Shown here: positions 27,260 to 41,174 of the stretch, piece after piece
Layout: each line of letters begins with the position of its first letter
Position numbering within the stretch: the stretch's first letter is position 1
NCBI GenBank assembly: GCA_964016885.1
Contig: OZ024760.1
Location: 12,338,001 to 12,402,000, forward strand
DNA from: Eledone cirrhosa
Lineage: Eukaryota
Direction: 5' to 3'
DNA: 64,000 bases
The notes under the pieces: generated by a model
Database searches by the model: none
Told to the model about the DNA's origin: nothing
The model's input: only the letters and a program-made list of their open reading frames with translations
Translations under genes and position numbers: made by a program

Positions 27260-27494
27260 AGTTCTAAATATATATATAGTGTTTTTGCAACAATAAAACT
27301 TTAAGGGAACAGACGCAAGCCTGCATATTAAAACACATCTGAGGAGCTTCCGATTCCAGAGTCAGGTTCGATCATTAATAGATCGTTCCTCGAGCTGATT
27401 GACAGTGAAACATATGTAATATGTAGTTTAATATATATATATGATGCAACACTGATTCTTTGTTCCCTTATTTATTAATAGTATATATATATAT

Positions 27495-27694
27495 ATAGGA
27501 CAAGAGTCAAGACCCTGACGGCTGAACTCCGGCCGTTTAGACAGCTAGGTCTGGACGTTCAGATCTAGCTGTCGAAACGGCAGGAGCTCAGCCTTCGGGG
27601 GTCTTGACTCTTTTCCTATTACCCACTCTGCTACCCTAAGTATTGAGTACTCTGGTGCATTAGAGTCCACCTGATTCCTTAGTACACTTCCTTT

Positions 27695-27700
<6 letters not shown>
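27495..27700 (+). mobile_element. Fold-back short element (Penelope-like terminus family with GTATTGAGTAC motif)
   Basis: Inverted repeat at 27495-27620 followed by a tail shared with 37860-37950. Confidence 0.6.
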
Positions 27701-27751
<51 letters not shown>

Positions 27752-27774
27752 GTATATATATATATATATATACG

Positions 27775-27823
<49 letters not shown>

Positions 27824-28002
27824 GTATATATATATATATATATATACGTATATATATATATATATATATATACGTATATATATATATATATATATCTATA
27901 TATATATATATCTATATATCTATATATCTATATATCTATATATATATCTATATATCTATATATATATATCTATATATATATATATATATATATATATTTT
28001 AG

Positions 28003-28215
28003 TTTACTCAGCTGTAGAAATGAGATGATAGGGACTGGGTTCCCTATCATTCCACTGCAAAGTGGTCGTGGAGGTGCCACGACAAAAAAGCACCCAGCAC
28101 TCACTGTAAATGAGGTTGGTGTTAGGAAGGGCATCCAGCTGTAGAAATCCAGCCAGAATCAGTTCCCGTCCCACCCTTACAAGCAGGGAAAAAGCGGACG
28201 TGCAATGATGATGAT

Positions 28216-28217
<2 letters not shown>
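28003..28217 (+). mobile_element. SINE family A, 5'-truncated copy
   Basis: Matches 42017-42230. Confidence 0.8.
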
Positions 28218-28249
<32 letters not shown>

Positions 28250-28470
28250 TACATGACAAAAAACACCCAGGCCACACTGTAAATATAGTTGGCATTAGGA
28301 AGGGCATCCGGCCGTAGAAAACCAAACCGAACCCCAAAACAGAAGAGAGGAGTAAGAGGACGTGGGCCCCTGGCCTGTCTAGCTTCATAATGTAACAACC
28401 TGCCTAACCCATGGAACATAGATGTTGATGATGATGATATAGTTTATTAATGGGGTAAATGGAGAAGTGT

Positions 28471-28502
<32 letters not shown>

Positions 28503-28529
28503 CAAGGGTGTGTGTAGGGGAAGGAAAGA

Positions 28530-29396
28530 GAGTGAGTGAGGCAGGCAAGAGGGTGAGAGGGAGAGAGAGAGAGAGAGAGAGTGAGTGAGGCAGGCAAGAG
28601 GGTGAGAGGGAGAGAGAGAGAGAGAGTGAGTGAGGCAGGCAAGAGGGTGAGAGGGAGAGAGAGAGTGAGTGAGGCAGGCAAGAGTGTGAGAGGGAGAGAG
28701 AGAGAGAGAGAGGCAGGCGTGAGAGGGAGAGGGAGAGAGAGAGTGAGTGAGGCAGGCAAGAGGGAGAGAGGGAGAGAGAGAGAGTGAGTGAGGCAGGCAA
28801 GAGGGAGAGAGGGAGAAAGAGAGAGAGAGAGTGAGTGAGGCAGGCAAGAGTGTGAGAGGGAGAGAGAGAGAGAGAGTGAGTGAGGCAGGCAAGAGTGTGA
28901 GAGGGAGCGAGAGAGAGAGAGAGTGAGGGAGGCAAGAGTGTGAGAGGGAGCGAGTGAGAGAGGGAGCGAGAGAGAGAGAAAGAGAGAGAGGGGGAGCGAG
29001 AGAGAGTGAGTGAGTGAGGCAGGCAAGAGTGTGAGAGGGAGCGAGAGAGAGAGAGAGAGTGAGGCAGGCAAGAGTGTGAGAGGGAGCGAGAAAGAGAGAG
29101 TGAGTGAGGCAGGCAAGAGTGTGAGAGGGATCGAGAGAGAGAGAGAGAGTGAGGCAGGCAAGAGTGAGTGAGGGAGAGAAAGAGAGAGTGAGTGAGGCAG
29201 GCAAGAGTGTGAGAGGGAGAGAGAGAGAGTGAGTGAGGCAGGCAAGAGTGTGAGAGGGAGCGAGAGAGAGAGAGTGAGTGAGGCAGGCAAGAGTGTGAGA
29301 GGGAGCGAGAGAGAGAGAGAGTGAGTGAGGCAGGCAAGAGTGTGAGAGGGAGCGAAAGAGAGAGAGAGAGAGAGAGAGTGAGTGAGGCAGGCAAGA

Positions 29397-29468
<72 letters not shown>

Positions 29469-29830
29469 GGCAGGCAAGAGTGTGAGAGAGAGAGAGAGAG
29501 AGTGAGAGTGAGTGAGGCAGGCAAGAGTGTGAGAGAGAGAGAGAGAGAGAGAGTGAGGCAGGCAAGAGTGTGAGAGAGAGAGAGAGAGAGTGAGTGAGGC
29601 AGGCAAGAGTGTGAGAGAGAGAGAGAGAGTGAGTGAGACAGGCAAGAGTGTGAGATAGAGAGAGAGAGAGAGTGAGTGAGGCAGGCAAGAGTGTGAGATA
29701 GAGAGAGAGAGTGAGTGAGTGAGGCAGGCAAGAGTGTGAGAGGGAGCGAGAGAGAGTGAGTGAGGCAGGCAAGAGTGTGAGAGAGAGAGAGAGAGAGAGA
29801 GTGAGTGAGTGAGGCAGGCGTGAGTGAGTG
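28530..29830. repeat. GA-rich compound minisatellite (gagtgagtgaggcaggcaagagtgtgagaggg-(ag)n)
   Basis: Constant core with a variable (AG)n spacer. Confidence 0.9.
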
Positions 29831-29952
29831 AGGGAGAAGCAGATTGAAATATAATTCCACAGAAACCTTGACCTGAAATGTGTGTTTTAAGGGGAGGTAT
29901 GGGGGGAAGGAGGGGAAAGAGAGAGAGAATGAGAGAGAGAGAGAGAGATCAG

Positions 29953-30011
<59 letters not shown>

Positions 30012-30819
30012 TGCAGGCAGTCAGACATTTGTTCTAGAAGTTTCTATTTGTAGAATTAAAAAAATTCAAGTAGCATTGAAATATGTTGCAACTGTATTGA
30101 TAGGTGTGGGTGGGTATTGTGTAGGGGTGGGGGACATCATTGGTGGAGTTGTGTGGTAGTTCCTAGGATCTGTAATGCTGTAGGGTGGGGACACACACCA
30201 CAATGCATCACACGCATATACATTACATCACATACACACACACCACATTGCATCACATACAATCCATTACATCACATACACACATTACATCACACACAAC
30301 ACATTATATCACATACACACACATATCACACCACACATCACATCACACCACACATCACATCACACACACAACACATTACATCACATACAATCCATTACAT
30401 CACATACACACATTACATCACACACGCACACATCACATATATCACACCACACATCACACACATCACACACACAACACATATCACACACACACACATATCA
30501 CACCACACACACAACACATTACATCACATACACACATCAAACACACACACACACACACACATCTATACATTACATCATACATCCAAATCCACCCCCAATT
30601 ATTAAACTTTGCTAATCTCCAGTTTCTGATTTAAGTACGTGGGGGTGGGGAGAAAGAAAGGTCAATTAAATTGACCCAGTGCATTACTGGTACTTTGTTT
30701 TATCGACCCTGTAAGGATGAAAGGCAAAGCAAACCCCGGTGGGATTTGAACTCTGAATACACACATGTTGCCCCCACCCTCCGCCATTTTCCCTCGTATC
30801 ACTCTTTACTTTCTATCTA

Positions 30820-30855
30820 TCTTCTGATGAAGGACTAGTGTCTGAAACGTTAAGA
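30820..30855 (+). ncRNA. Minimal hammerhead-ribozyme motif (Penelope-like type)
   Basis: TCTT-CTGATGA-A-GGAC-TAGT-GTCT-GAAAC-GTT-AAGA: stem I TCTT/AAGA, stem II GGAC/GTCT, palindromic ACGT in place of stem III. Confidence 0.65.
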
Positions 30856-31227
30856 CGCCCTTCCTGCTATTTCAAGTGTTAAACTAATATATTTCTTCCA
30901 TGTACTGTTTTTTCGTTATTTCTGTTTACCTTTTACATACATATAAAGGGAAGTAACTCTATGGCACACAACAAATCTGATGCTCTCCCGATTCTACTGC
31001 CAGTTATTCTAATTAATAAGCATTAAGAGTAATTAAATAATGAGAATTATTTATAATTACTGCAACTGTTCCCCCCATTGTCTCCAACAATTAACTTTGA
31101 TGGTCATCGACTTTGACATAATTTATATACAATGTAAATACACTTAACTGTTTCAATTGGTTTACTGAAGGAGGGGGTGTGTGGTTAACATACCAAACAG
31201 CCTTGGTGATATATGTAGTGGAATAGA

Positions 31228-33847
31228 CCCAGCCAACCCATACCAGCAATATCACAATGTGTAACAGACCCAGCCAACCCATACCAGCAATATCACAATG
31301 TGTAACAGACCTATCTAACCCACAATGTGTAACAGACCCAGCCAACCCATACCAGCAATATCACAATGTGTAACAGACCTATCTAACCCACAATGTGCAA
31401 CAGACCTATCCAACCCACAATGTGTAACAGACCTATCTAACCCACAATGTGTAACAGACATATCTAACCCACAATGTGTAACAGACCTATCTAACCCACA
31501 ATGTGTAACAGACCTATCTAACCCACAATGTGTAACAGACCTATCTAACCCACAATGTGTAACAGACATATCTAACCCACAATGTGTAACAGACCTATCC
31601 AACCCACAATGTGTAACAGACCTATCTAACCCACAATGTGTAACAGACATATCTAACCCACAATGTGTAACAGACCTATCTAACCCACAATGTGTAACAG
31701 ACCTATCTAACCCACAATGTGTAACAGACCTATCTAACCCACAATGTGTAACAGACATATCTAACCCACAATGTGTAACAGACCTATCTAACCCACAATG
31801 TGCAACAGACCTATCTAACCCACAATGTGTAACAGACCTATCCAACCCACAATGTGTAACAGACCTATCCAACCCACAATGTGTAACAGACCTATCCAAC
31901 CCACAATGTGTAACAGACATATCTAACCCACAATGTGTAACAGACCTATCTAACCCACAATGTGTAACAGACCTATCTAACCCACAATGTGTAACAGACC
32001 TATCCAACCCACAATGTGTAACAGACATATCTAACCCACAATGTGTAACAGACCTATCCAACCCACAATGTGTAACAGACATATCTAACCCACAATGTGT
32101 AACAGACCTATCTAACCCACAATGTGTAACAGACATATCTAACCCACAATGTGTAACAGACCTATCCAACCCACAATGTGTAACAGACATATCTAACCCA
32201 CAATGTGTAACAGACCTATCCAACCCACAATGTGTAACAGACCTATCCAACCCACAATGTGTAACAGACCTATCTAACCCACAATGTGTAACAGACCTAT
32301 CTAACCCACAATGTGTAACAGACCTATCTAACCCACAATGTGTAACAGACCTATCTAACCCACAATGTGTAACAGACATATCTAACCCACAATGTGTAAC
32401 AGACCTATCCAACCCACAATGTGTAACAGACCTATCCAACCCACAATGTGTAACAGACATATCTAACCCACAATGTGTAACAGACCTATCTAACCCACAA
32501 TGTGTAACAGACATATCTAACCCACAATGTGTAACAGACCTATCCAACCCACAATGTGTAACAGACATATCTAACCCACAATGTGTAACAGACCTATCCA
32601 ACCCACAATGTGTAACAGACCTATCCAACCCACAATGTGTAACAGACCTATCTAACCCACAATGTGTAACAGACCTATCTAACCCACAATGTGTAACAGA
32701 CCTATCTAACCCACAATGTGTAACAGACCTATCTAACCCACAATGTGTAACAGACATATCTAACCCACAATGTGTAACAGACCTATCCAACCCACAATGT
32801 GTAACAGACCTATCCAACCCACAATGTGTAACAGACATATCTAACCCACAATGTGTAACAGACATATCCAACCCACAATGTGTAACAGACATATCCAACC
32901 CACAATGTGTAACAGACCTATCTAACCCACAATGTGTAACAGACATATCTAACCCACAATGTGTAACAGACCTATCCAACCCACAATGTGTAACAGACAT
33001 ATCTAACCCACAATGTGTAACAGACCTATCTAACCCACAATGTGTAACAGACATATCTAACCCACAATGTGTAACAGACCTATCCAACCCACAATGTGTA
33101 ACAGACCTATCCAACCCACAATGTGTAACAGACATATCTAACCCACAATGTGTAACAGACCTATCTAACCCACAATGTGTAACAGACCTATCTAACCCAC
33201 AATGTGTAACAGACCTATCTAACCCACAATGCGTAACAGACCTATCCAACCCACAATGTGTAACAGACATATCTAACCCACAATGTGTAACAGACCTATC
33301 TAACCCACAATGTGTAACAGACCTATCTAACCCACAATGTGCAATAGACCTATCCAACCCACAATGTGCAACAGACCTATCCAACCCACAATGTGCAACA
33401 GACCTATCTAACCCACAATGTGTAACAGACCTATCTAACCCACAATGTGTAACAGACCTATCCAACCCACAATGTGTAACAGACCTATCCAACCCACAAT
33501 GTGTAATAGACATATCTAACCCACAATGTGTAACAGACATATCTAACCCACAATGTGTAACAGACCTATCTAACCCACAATGTGTAACAGACCTATCTAA
33601 CCCACAATGTGTAACAGACCTATCTAACCCACAATGTGTAACAGACCTATCTAACCCACAATGTGTAACAGACCTATCTAACCCACAATGTGCAACAGAC
33701 CTATCCAACCCACAATGTGCAACAGACCTATCTAACCCACAATGTGTAACAGACCTATCTAACCCACAATGTGTAACAGACATATCTAATCCACAATGTG
33801 TAACAGACCTATCCAACCCACAATGTGTAACAGACCTATCCAACCCA
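31228..33847. repeat. 27-bp minisatellite (acaatgtgtaacagacctatctaaccc), ~90+ copies, with 39-bp units at the left edge
   Basis: Direct periodicity; produces the spurious 842-aa and 864-aa ORFs. Confidence 0.97.
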
Positions 33848-33980
33848 TTCTCTGTTGTCCAGATTTGTAACAGTTTACTTGAAAGATTTCTACAATATTT
33901 TAAAGTTTTCAGATGTTAAAAAGTTTGACTATTTTAAGAGACCAACTGAGAAACAGACTGACTTCATATTTGCATGAAAT

Positions 33981-34507
33981 TTAACACTTTAGCATTTAAA
34001 CCAGCTGTATCTGACCAGAATTCTCTCACATCTTTCTGTCCAAACCAGCCATAACTGGCCACTCATACTTATGTTAAAGTATTGTTCTCAAAATAAATAA
34101 TTGTTTCTACTTTAGGCACAAGGCCAGCAATTACCCAGTGCATTACTGGTACTTTATTTTGTCGACCCCGTAAGGATGGAAGGCAAAGCTAACCTCGACA
34201 GGATTTGAACTCAAAACGTAAAGGTGCCATAACTCTATGCTGCAAAGCATGGTGTCTAACGCTCTACCGGTTCTGCCAATCCACAAAATCTCATAGCTTC
34301 GATATTATATGAAATAATTATGTGAGGTAAAGCCTTTACCATGAAAATACAATAGTATATATAGAGTAATGTAAATGGTATGTGAGCTAAAGCCTTTACC
34401 ATGAAAATACAATAGTATATATAGAGTAATGTAAATGGTATGTGAGCTAAAGCCTTTACCATGAAAATACAATAGTATATATAGAGTACTGTAAATGGTA
34501 AAGGGTT
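33981..34507 (+). mobile_element. piggyBac-like MITE family 1 (3 internal 60-bp units) interrupted by SINE family B (34097-34283, minus)
   Basis: TTAACACTTTAGCATTTA … TAAATGGTAAAGGG; MITE sequence resumes after the SINE. Confidence 0.72.
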
Positions 34508-34839
34508 CCACAAAGATTTAACTTAGAAGGAGCTGTTTTGAAGCAAAACAAAGGCAAAATAAATACTGAATCAATAAAACCATTTGATCCTATTTTCACA
34601 AAGAAAAAAAAATCACCAGCAACAACAACAACAACAACAAATTTTGGGGAAAAGGAATTCTGTGTGACCCAGTTCTAATTTCTTAAGTTGGAAATGGAAC
34701 ATATGATGTGCTTGATGCCCTAGGGAAAGGGAGACTTTTTACTTCCTTTATTCCAAACAGTCTTCATGAAGTTAAAAATGAGGGAAAACAAAAAGGAATA
34801 TTTCAGGAGTGAAAACCCACCACACACACAAAATAACCT

Positions 34840-35220
34840 TTAACCCTTTACCATTTACATTACTCTATATATACTATTGTATTTTCATGGTAAAGGCTTT
34901 ACCTCACATACCATTTACATTACTCTATATATACTATTGTATTTTCATGGTAAAGACTTTACCTCACATACCATTTACATTACTCTATATATACTATTGT
35001 ATTTTCATGGTAAAGACTTTACCTCACATACCATTTACATTACTCTATATATACTATTGTATTTTCATGGTAAAGACTTTACCTCACATAATATTGAATC
35101 TATGAGATTTTGATATTATTTATGTTGAGAACAATACCTTAACATCAGTATGAGTGGCCAGTTATGGCCGATTTAAACAGAATGAGGTGAGAGAATTCTG
35201 GTCAGACCTAACCGGTTGAA
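34840..35220 (-). mobile_element. piggyBac-like MITE family 1, reverse orientation (4 internal 60-bp units)
   Basis: TTAA|CCCTTTACCATTTACA start is the reverse complement of the family 3' end. Confidence 0.72.
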
Positions 35221-35382
35221 ACTGTTTATTCCCCTGAAATACAAGTTTGTCAGAACCAATAACACTGGGTTGCTTAACATCTAGAGTCTGGAACTTGCCT
35301 TTGAAAAGGCAACAGCTCAGCCGTAGGGTCCTGTCTCCTTATCATATACATATGACATATTGTTTATATATATATATATATA

Positions 35383-35568
35383 TATAGAAATGGCTTCTAC
35401 AGGACTAGAACTGTTTCATTCGAAAGAAATCACCGGGAAATACATGATGATTTCCTTCAAATGAAAAAGTTCTAGTCCTGTAGAAGCCATTTCTATATTA
35501 AATATTTACACTCTACTAATGTATTGAGTACCTTACTTACTGTGGTTACCCCTGATTGAACCTGGGAT

Positions 35569-35570
<2 letters not shown>
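35383..35570 (+). mobile_element. Fold-back element, same family as 50265-50450 and 36040-36090
   Basis: Inverted arms agaaatggcttctacaggactagaac / gttctagtcctgtagaagccatttct, then a GTATTGAGTAC tail. Confidence 0.7.
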
Positions 35571-35601
<31 letters not shown>

Positions 35602-35770
35602 CACATATATATATACATACACACACACATATATATACATATATATACACACACATATATATACATACACACACACATATATATACATATATATACACAC
35701 ACATACATATACATACACACACACATATATATACATATATATACACACACATACATATATATATATATAC

Positions 35771-35801
<31 letters not shown>

Positions 35802-35932
35802 CATATATATACATACACACACACACATAAATATATATATACATATATATACATACACACAAATACATATGACATTGTTTTAAATATGTATATATATATA
35901 TATATAAACACACACAACTGTCTCCCCAATCC

Positions 35933-35970
<38 letters not shown>

Positions 35971-35993
35971 ACACACAACTGTCTCCCCAATCC

Positions 35994-36036
<43 letters not shown>

Positions 36037-36326
36037 TGAGATTCTACAGGACTAGAACTGTTTCATTCTTTAGAAATCATCAGGAATCTCTCTCTCTCTC
36101 TATATATATATATATTATATACTCCAGTAAGAAGGGAAACTACTTGAGACAGTCCCCGGTTTACTGAAGCATTTCCTCTAGTAGTTTCCTACCAGTTCCT
36201 TATATATGTGTATGTGTGGGGAACTCCGTCAGTTACGACGACGAGTGTTCCAGTTGCCCGATCAATACACCAACTTGCTCGTGAAATTTACGCCTTAAAT
36301 GGTTGACAATTCTACAGACACGTGTA

Positions 36327-36381
<55 letters not shown>

Positions 36382-36552
36382 TATATAGGGTCTCACCCCC
36401 ACGAAAATGTATACACACACTGAGTTATCTGGTATTGGAGTGTGTATACATCTTTTGGGGACACTGTGTATAAATATGGTGCTCCAGCATGGCCACAGAT
36501 GGGATTAAAAAAGCTAAACAACTATGTAAACACTTAGCCATGTGTGTGTTTG

Positions 36553-36590
<38 letters not shown>

Positions 36591-36718
36591 TACATACATG
36601 CAAGAATTTAAGACATGTATACATATACATATGTAGTATACACTATGTACAAAAATAAACATCGTATACATACGTACCATATACATTACAGATAAATACA
36701 TATCGTATTATACACCCA

Positions 36719-36800
<82 letters not shown>

Positions 36801-36804
<4 letters not shown>

Positions 36805-36880
36805 AGGTGGCCCCCAAAAATGTATACATACTTTCATTAGAATGCTGTTGAAGTATGTATACATCTTTTGGGGACACCCA
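36801..36880. mobile_element. Tc1/mariner-like mini-MITE (related copy at ~36388-36470)
   Basis: TA-CAAGGTGGCCCCCAAAAATGTATACA … TGTATACATCTTTTGGGGACACCC inverted termini, next to (TA)n. Confidence 0.55.
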
Positions 36881-37228
36881 AAATGCATATACACACACAT
36901 AAGAAATATATATATACACACGATATATACATATATATACACCCATAAGATATATATATACACACACATAAGAAATATATATATACAACCATAAGATATA
37001 TATACACACATCAGAAATATATAACCATACGATGTATATATTATAGGGTATATATAGACATATATAAAACTAATTCAACATCAAACAAGAAATTCTTGCT
37101 TTAAATTCTAACTTTTTATAATTTAAACATTTTCTACATTATATAAAGTATATATCTCAGTGAAATTATATATTTAATTACTAATTATTATTAACGTAAT
37201 TAATTATTGCCAGGAACTTTATATATAT

Positions 37229-37534
37229 TGTAATAATAATAAATGTGAAGACTAAAATCCAAAGAGGGTTCAATAAACATAAATATATATTAAATATATA
37301 AGAACCCTAAAGCAAATATTTATTAAAATAACAGATTAAAGTTTAATATATATATATATATTATATAAGTTATATATATATATATATTATATAAGTTATA
37401 TATATATATATATATATTAAACTTTAATCTGTTATTTTAATAAATATTTGCTTTAGGGTTCTTATATATTTAATATATATTTATGTTTATTGAACCCTCT
37501 TTGGATTTTAGTCTTCACATTTATTATTATTACA
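37229..37534. repeat. Near-perfect AT-rich inverted repeat (~120-bp arms)
   Basis: tgtaataataataaatgtgaagactaaaatccaaagaggg… mirrored by …ccctctttggattttagtcttcacatttattattattaca. Confidence 0.9.
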
Positions 37535-37541
37535 TTATTAT

Positions 37542-37579
<38 letters not shown>

Positions 37580-37583
37580 CATA

Positions 37584-37624
<41 letters not shown>

Positions 37625-37719
37625 GATATTAAACAAATGGAAACTATATTTATAAAACCATATTTATTTCATTATACATATTTCAGGGATACCATATTAA
37701 AAATATGGCATGCCAGATC

Positions 37720-37946
37720 GACCATAACGCACCAGAGTACTCAATACTCAATACAGAGTTGGAAATAGGAAAAAGTATGACCCCGACGGCAGAGCTCAAG
37801 CCGCTTCGACGGCTAATTTTGGAGTCGGAACGGCTTGAGCTCTGCCGTCGGGGTCCTACTCGTTCCTATTACCCACTCTACTACTCTAAGTATTGAGTAC
37901 TCTGGTGCGTTATGGTCCATCTGGTTCCTTACCACACCTCCTTCGT

Positions 37947-37950
<4 letters not shown>
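37720..37950. mobile_element. Fold-back element (family of 27495)
   Basis: gaccataacgcaccagagtactcaatac … gtattgagtactctggtgcgttatggtc arms of ~95 bp. Confidence 0.7.
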
Positions 37951-38003
<53 letters not shown>

Positions 38004-38835
38004 TAATGAAAATAATAATGAAAATATCTTGTACAGTGCTCAGGTGCACTACAACTCATCAAAAGTGTATGTATAGTACATAGGATGTGTGTGTGTGTGT
38101 ATTAAGTTTAGGTGTAATCGATACATACTACATATATATATATATATATATATAGTATGTATATATACTTCCTCGTTCAGTTTTTTAACGCTGTTATTGT
38201 TATACCGTAGGGTGGGGATTCCGACCTAGTACAGTTTATATACCCCATCAATAGTAATTATATTAGTATTAGTATTAGTAATATTAGAGTTGTTAGTGTT
38301 AGTAGTATTGGAGGTACTTACATCTGTTTTTCAAAGGAGTTTTCTTGTAAAGCTTCCTTTAGCGAGGGATGTCTTGAAGATGACTTGTCAAACAGTAGCA
38401 TTGTATATACTCATATATATACACACTTACACATATATATATATGTTATATAGATATATACACACTTACTCACACATACTCATATATATACACACTTACA
38501 CATATATATATGTTATATAGATATATACACACTTACTCACACATACTCATATATATACACACTTACACATATATATATATATATATGTTATATAGATATA
38601 TACACACTTACACACACATACACACATATATATATATATATACACTTACACATATATATTATATATAGATATATACACACTTACTCACACATACTCATAT
38701 ATATACACACTTACACATATATATATGTTATATAGATATATACACACTTACACATATGTATATATGTTATATAGATATATACACACTTACTCATATATAT
38801 ACACACTTACACATATATATTATATATAGATATAT

Positions 38836-38873
<38 letters not shown>

Positions 38874-38907
38874 GTTATATAGATATATACACACTTACAC
38901 ACACATA

Positions 38908-38944
<37 letters not shown>

Positions 38945-39933
38945 TTACACACATATACTCATATATATACACACTTACACATATATATGTTATATAGATA
39001 TATACACTATATATATACATACATATATAAATGTAAGTGTATATACACTGCCACTACACACGTTTGTGTGAACGTATATACACAGTGATTCCACACAAAC
39101 ACACACAGCCACTACACACGTTCGTATGAACGTATACACTGATTCCACACAAACACTCTCTCTCTCACACACACACTGCCACTACACACGTTCGTATGAA
39201 CGTATACAGTGATTCCACACAAACACACACTCTCTCACACACACACACTCTCCCTCTCACACAAACACACACTCTCACACAAACACACACACACACACAC
39301 TGCCACTACACACGTCCGTATGAACGTATACAGTGATTCCACACAAACACACACAGACTGCCACAGTTACATACACATGTACTTGCACCACGTACTCCCC
39401 AGTCTTATATATATACACTGCCAGTTAGACAAATGTACATACATACATATACACACACACTACCACAGGCACACGTACGTTCATAGACACACACACACAC
39501 TACCCCACTCACATACACACTACCCCACTCACACACACACTACCACAGGCACACGTACGTTGATACACACACACACTACCCCACTCACATACACACTACC
39601 ACAGGCACACGTACGTTCACACACACACACATACACACTACCCCACTCACATACACACTACCACAGTCACACGTACGTTGATAGACACACACATACACAC
39701 TACCCCACTCACATACACACTACCACAGTCACACGTACGTTGAGACACACACATACACACTACCCCACTCACATACACACTACCAGTCACACGTACGTTC
39801 ACACACACACAAACACTAGCACACTACACCCAGAACAAATCCCAACAGTCACAATAAAGTGACCCCTACAGAGACCCCTACAAATGTTAGTCAAAGTGTT
39901 GTTGATTGACTGAAGTGTCAGTATATTTGGGAG

Positions 39934-39977
<44 letters not shown>

Positions 39978-40129
39978 AGAAAGACTATATGTATGTGTGT
40001 ATATATACATATATGTGTATATATATGTATGTATTTATATATAATGTGTGTGTGTGTTACAAACAGCGTATAACCGGTTATATATGCTTTGTGCTTTGCA
40101 TTTCCAATGAATTTGTTTATATAGTAGTA

Positions 40130-40990
40130 AAAGTTGTGGTGGTAGTGGTGGTGGTAGTGGTGGTGGTGGTAGTGGTGGTGGTGGTAGTAGTGGTGGTGGT
40201 GGTGGTAGTGGTGGTGGTGGTAGTAGTGGTGGTGGTGGTAGTTGTGGTGGTGGTGGTGGTGGTAGTAGTAGTAGTAGTGGTGGTGGTGGTAGTAGTGGTG
40301 GTGGTAGTAGTAGTGGTGGTGGTGGTAGTAGTGGTGGTGGTATTAGTGGTGGTAGTAGTGGTGGTGGTATTAGTGGTGGTGGTGGTGGTGGTGGTATTAG
40401 TGGTGGTGGTGGTGGTGGTGGTGGTGGTGGTGGTGGTAGTAGTGGTGGTGGTGGTGGTAGTAGTGGTGGTGGTGGTAGTAGTGGTGGTGGTGGTAGTAGT
40501 GGTGGTGGTGGTAGTAGTAGTGGTGGTGGTAGTGGTGGTGGTGGTAGTGGTGGTGGTAGTGGTGGTGGTGGTAGTGGTAGTGGTGGTGGTGGTAGTGGTG
40601 GTGGTGGTGGTGGTGGTGGTAGTAGTGGTGGTAGTAGTGGTGGTGGTAGTAGTAATGGTAGTGGTTGTAGTAGTAGTGGTGGTAGTAGCGGTGGTGGTAG
40701 TAGTAGTAGTGGTGGTAGAGGGCTGGTAGTGGTAGTGGTGGTAGTAGTGGTGGTGGTAGTAGCGGTGGTAGTAGTGGTGGTGGTGGTAGTAGCGGTGGTA
40801 GTAGTGGTGGTGGTGGTACTTGTAGTGGTAGTAGTAGTAGTGGTGGTAGTGGTAGTGATAGTGGTGGTGGTAGCGGTGGTGGTAGTAGTGGTGGTGGTGG
40901 TAGTGGTAGTAGTAGTAGTGGTGGTGGTAGTGGCGATGATGATGACAGTGGTGGTGATAATGATGGTGATGATAGTGGTTGTGATGATGA
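40130..40990. repeat. (GGT/GTA)n trinucleotide array
   Basis: Low-complexity; source of poly-V/T/H ORFs. Confidence 0.95.
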
Positions 40991-41140
40991 CAGAGGAACC
41001 AAATGTCTATGGAGTGAGTTGTTGGCCATTTGAGAGAGGGAGAGAGAGAGAGAGAGGGAGAGTGTGAGGGAAAGAGGGAGAGGGAGAGAGAGTGTGAGAG
41101 GCAGAGAGAGTGTGAGAGGCAGAGAGAGAGTGAGAGAGGC

Positions 41141-41174
<34 letters not shown>

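Noticed and set aside
31315-33919. 842-aa and 864-aa Cys/His repeat ORFs on both strands
   Set aside because: They result from a stop-free 27-bp unit; near-identical DNA units indicate a satellite, not a gene.
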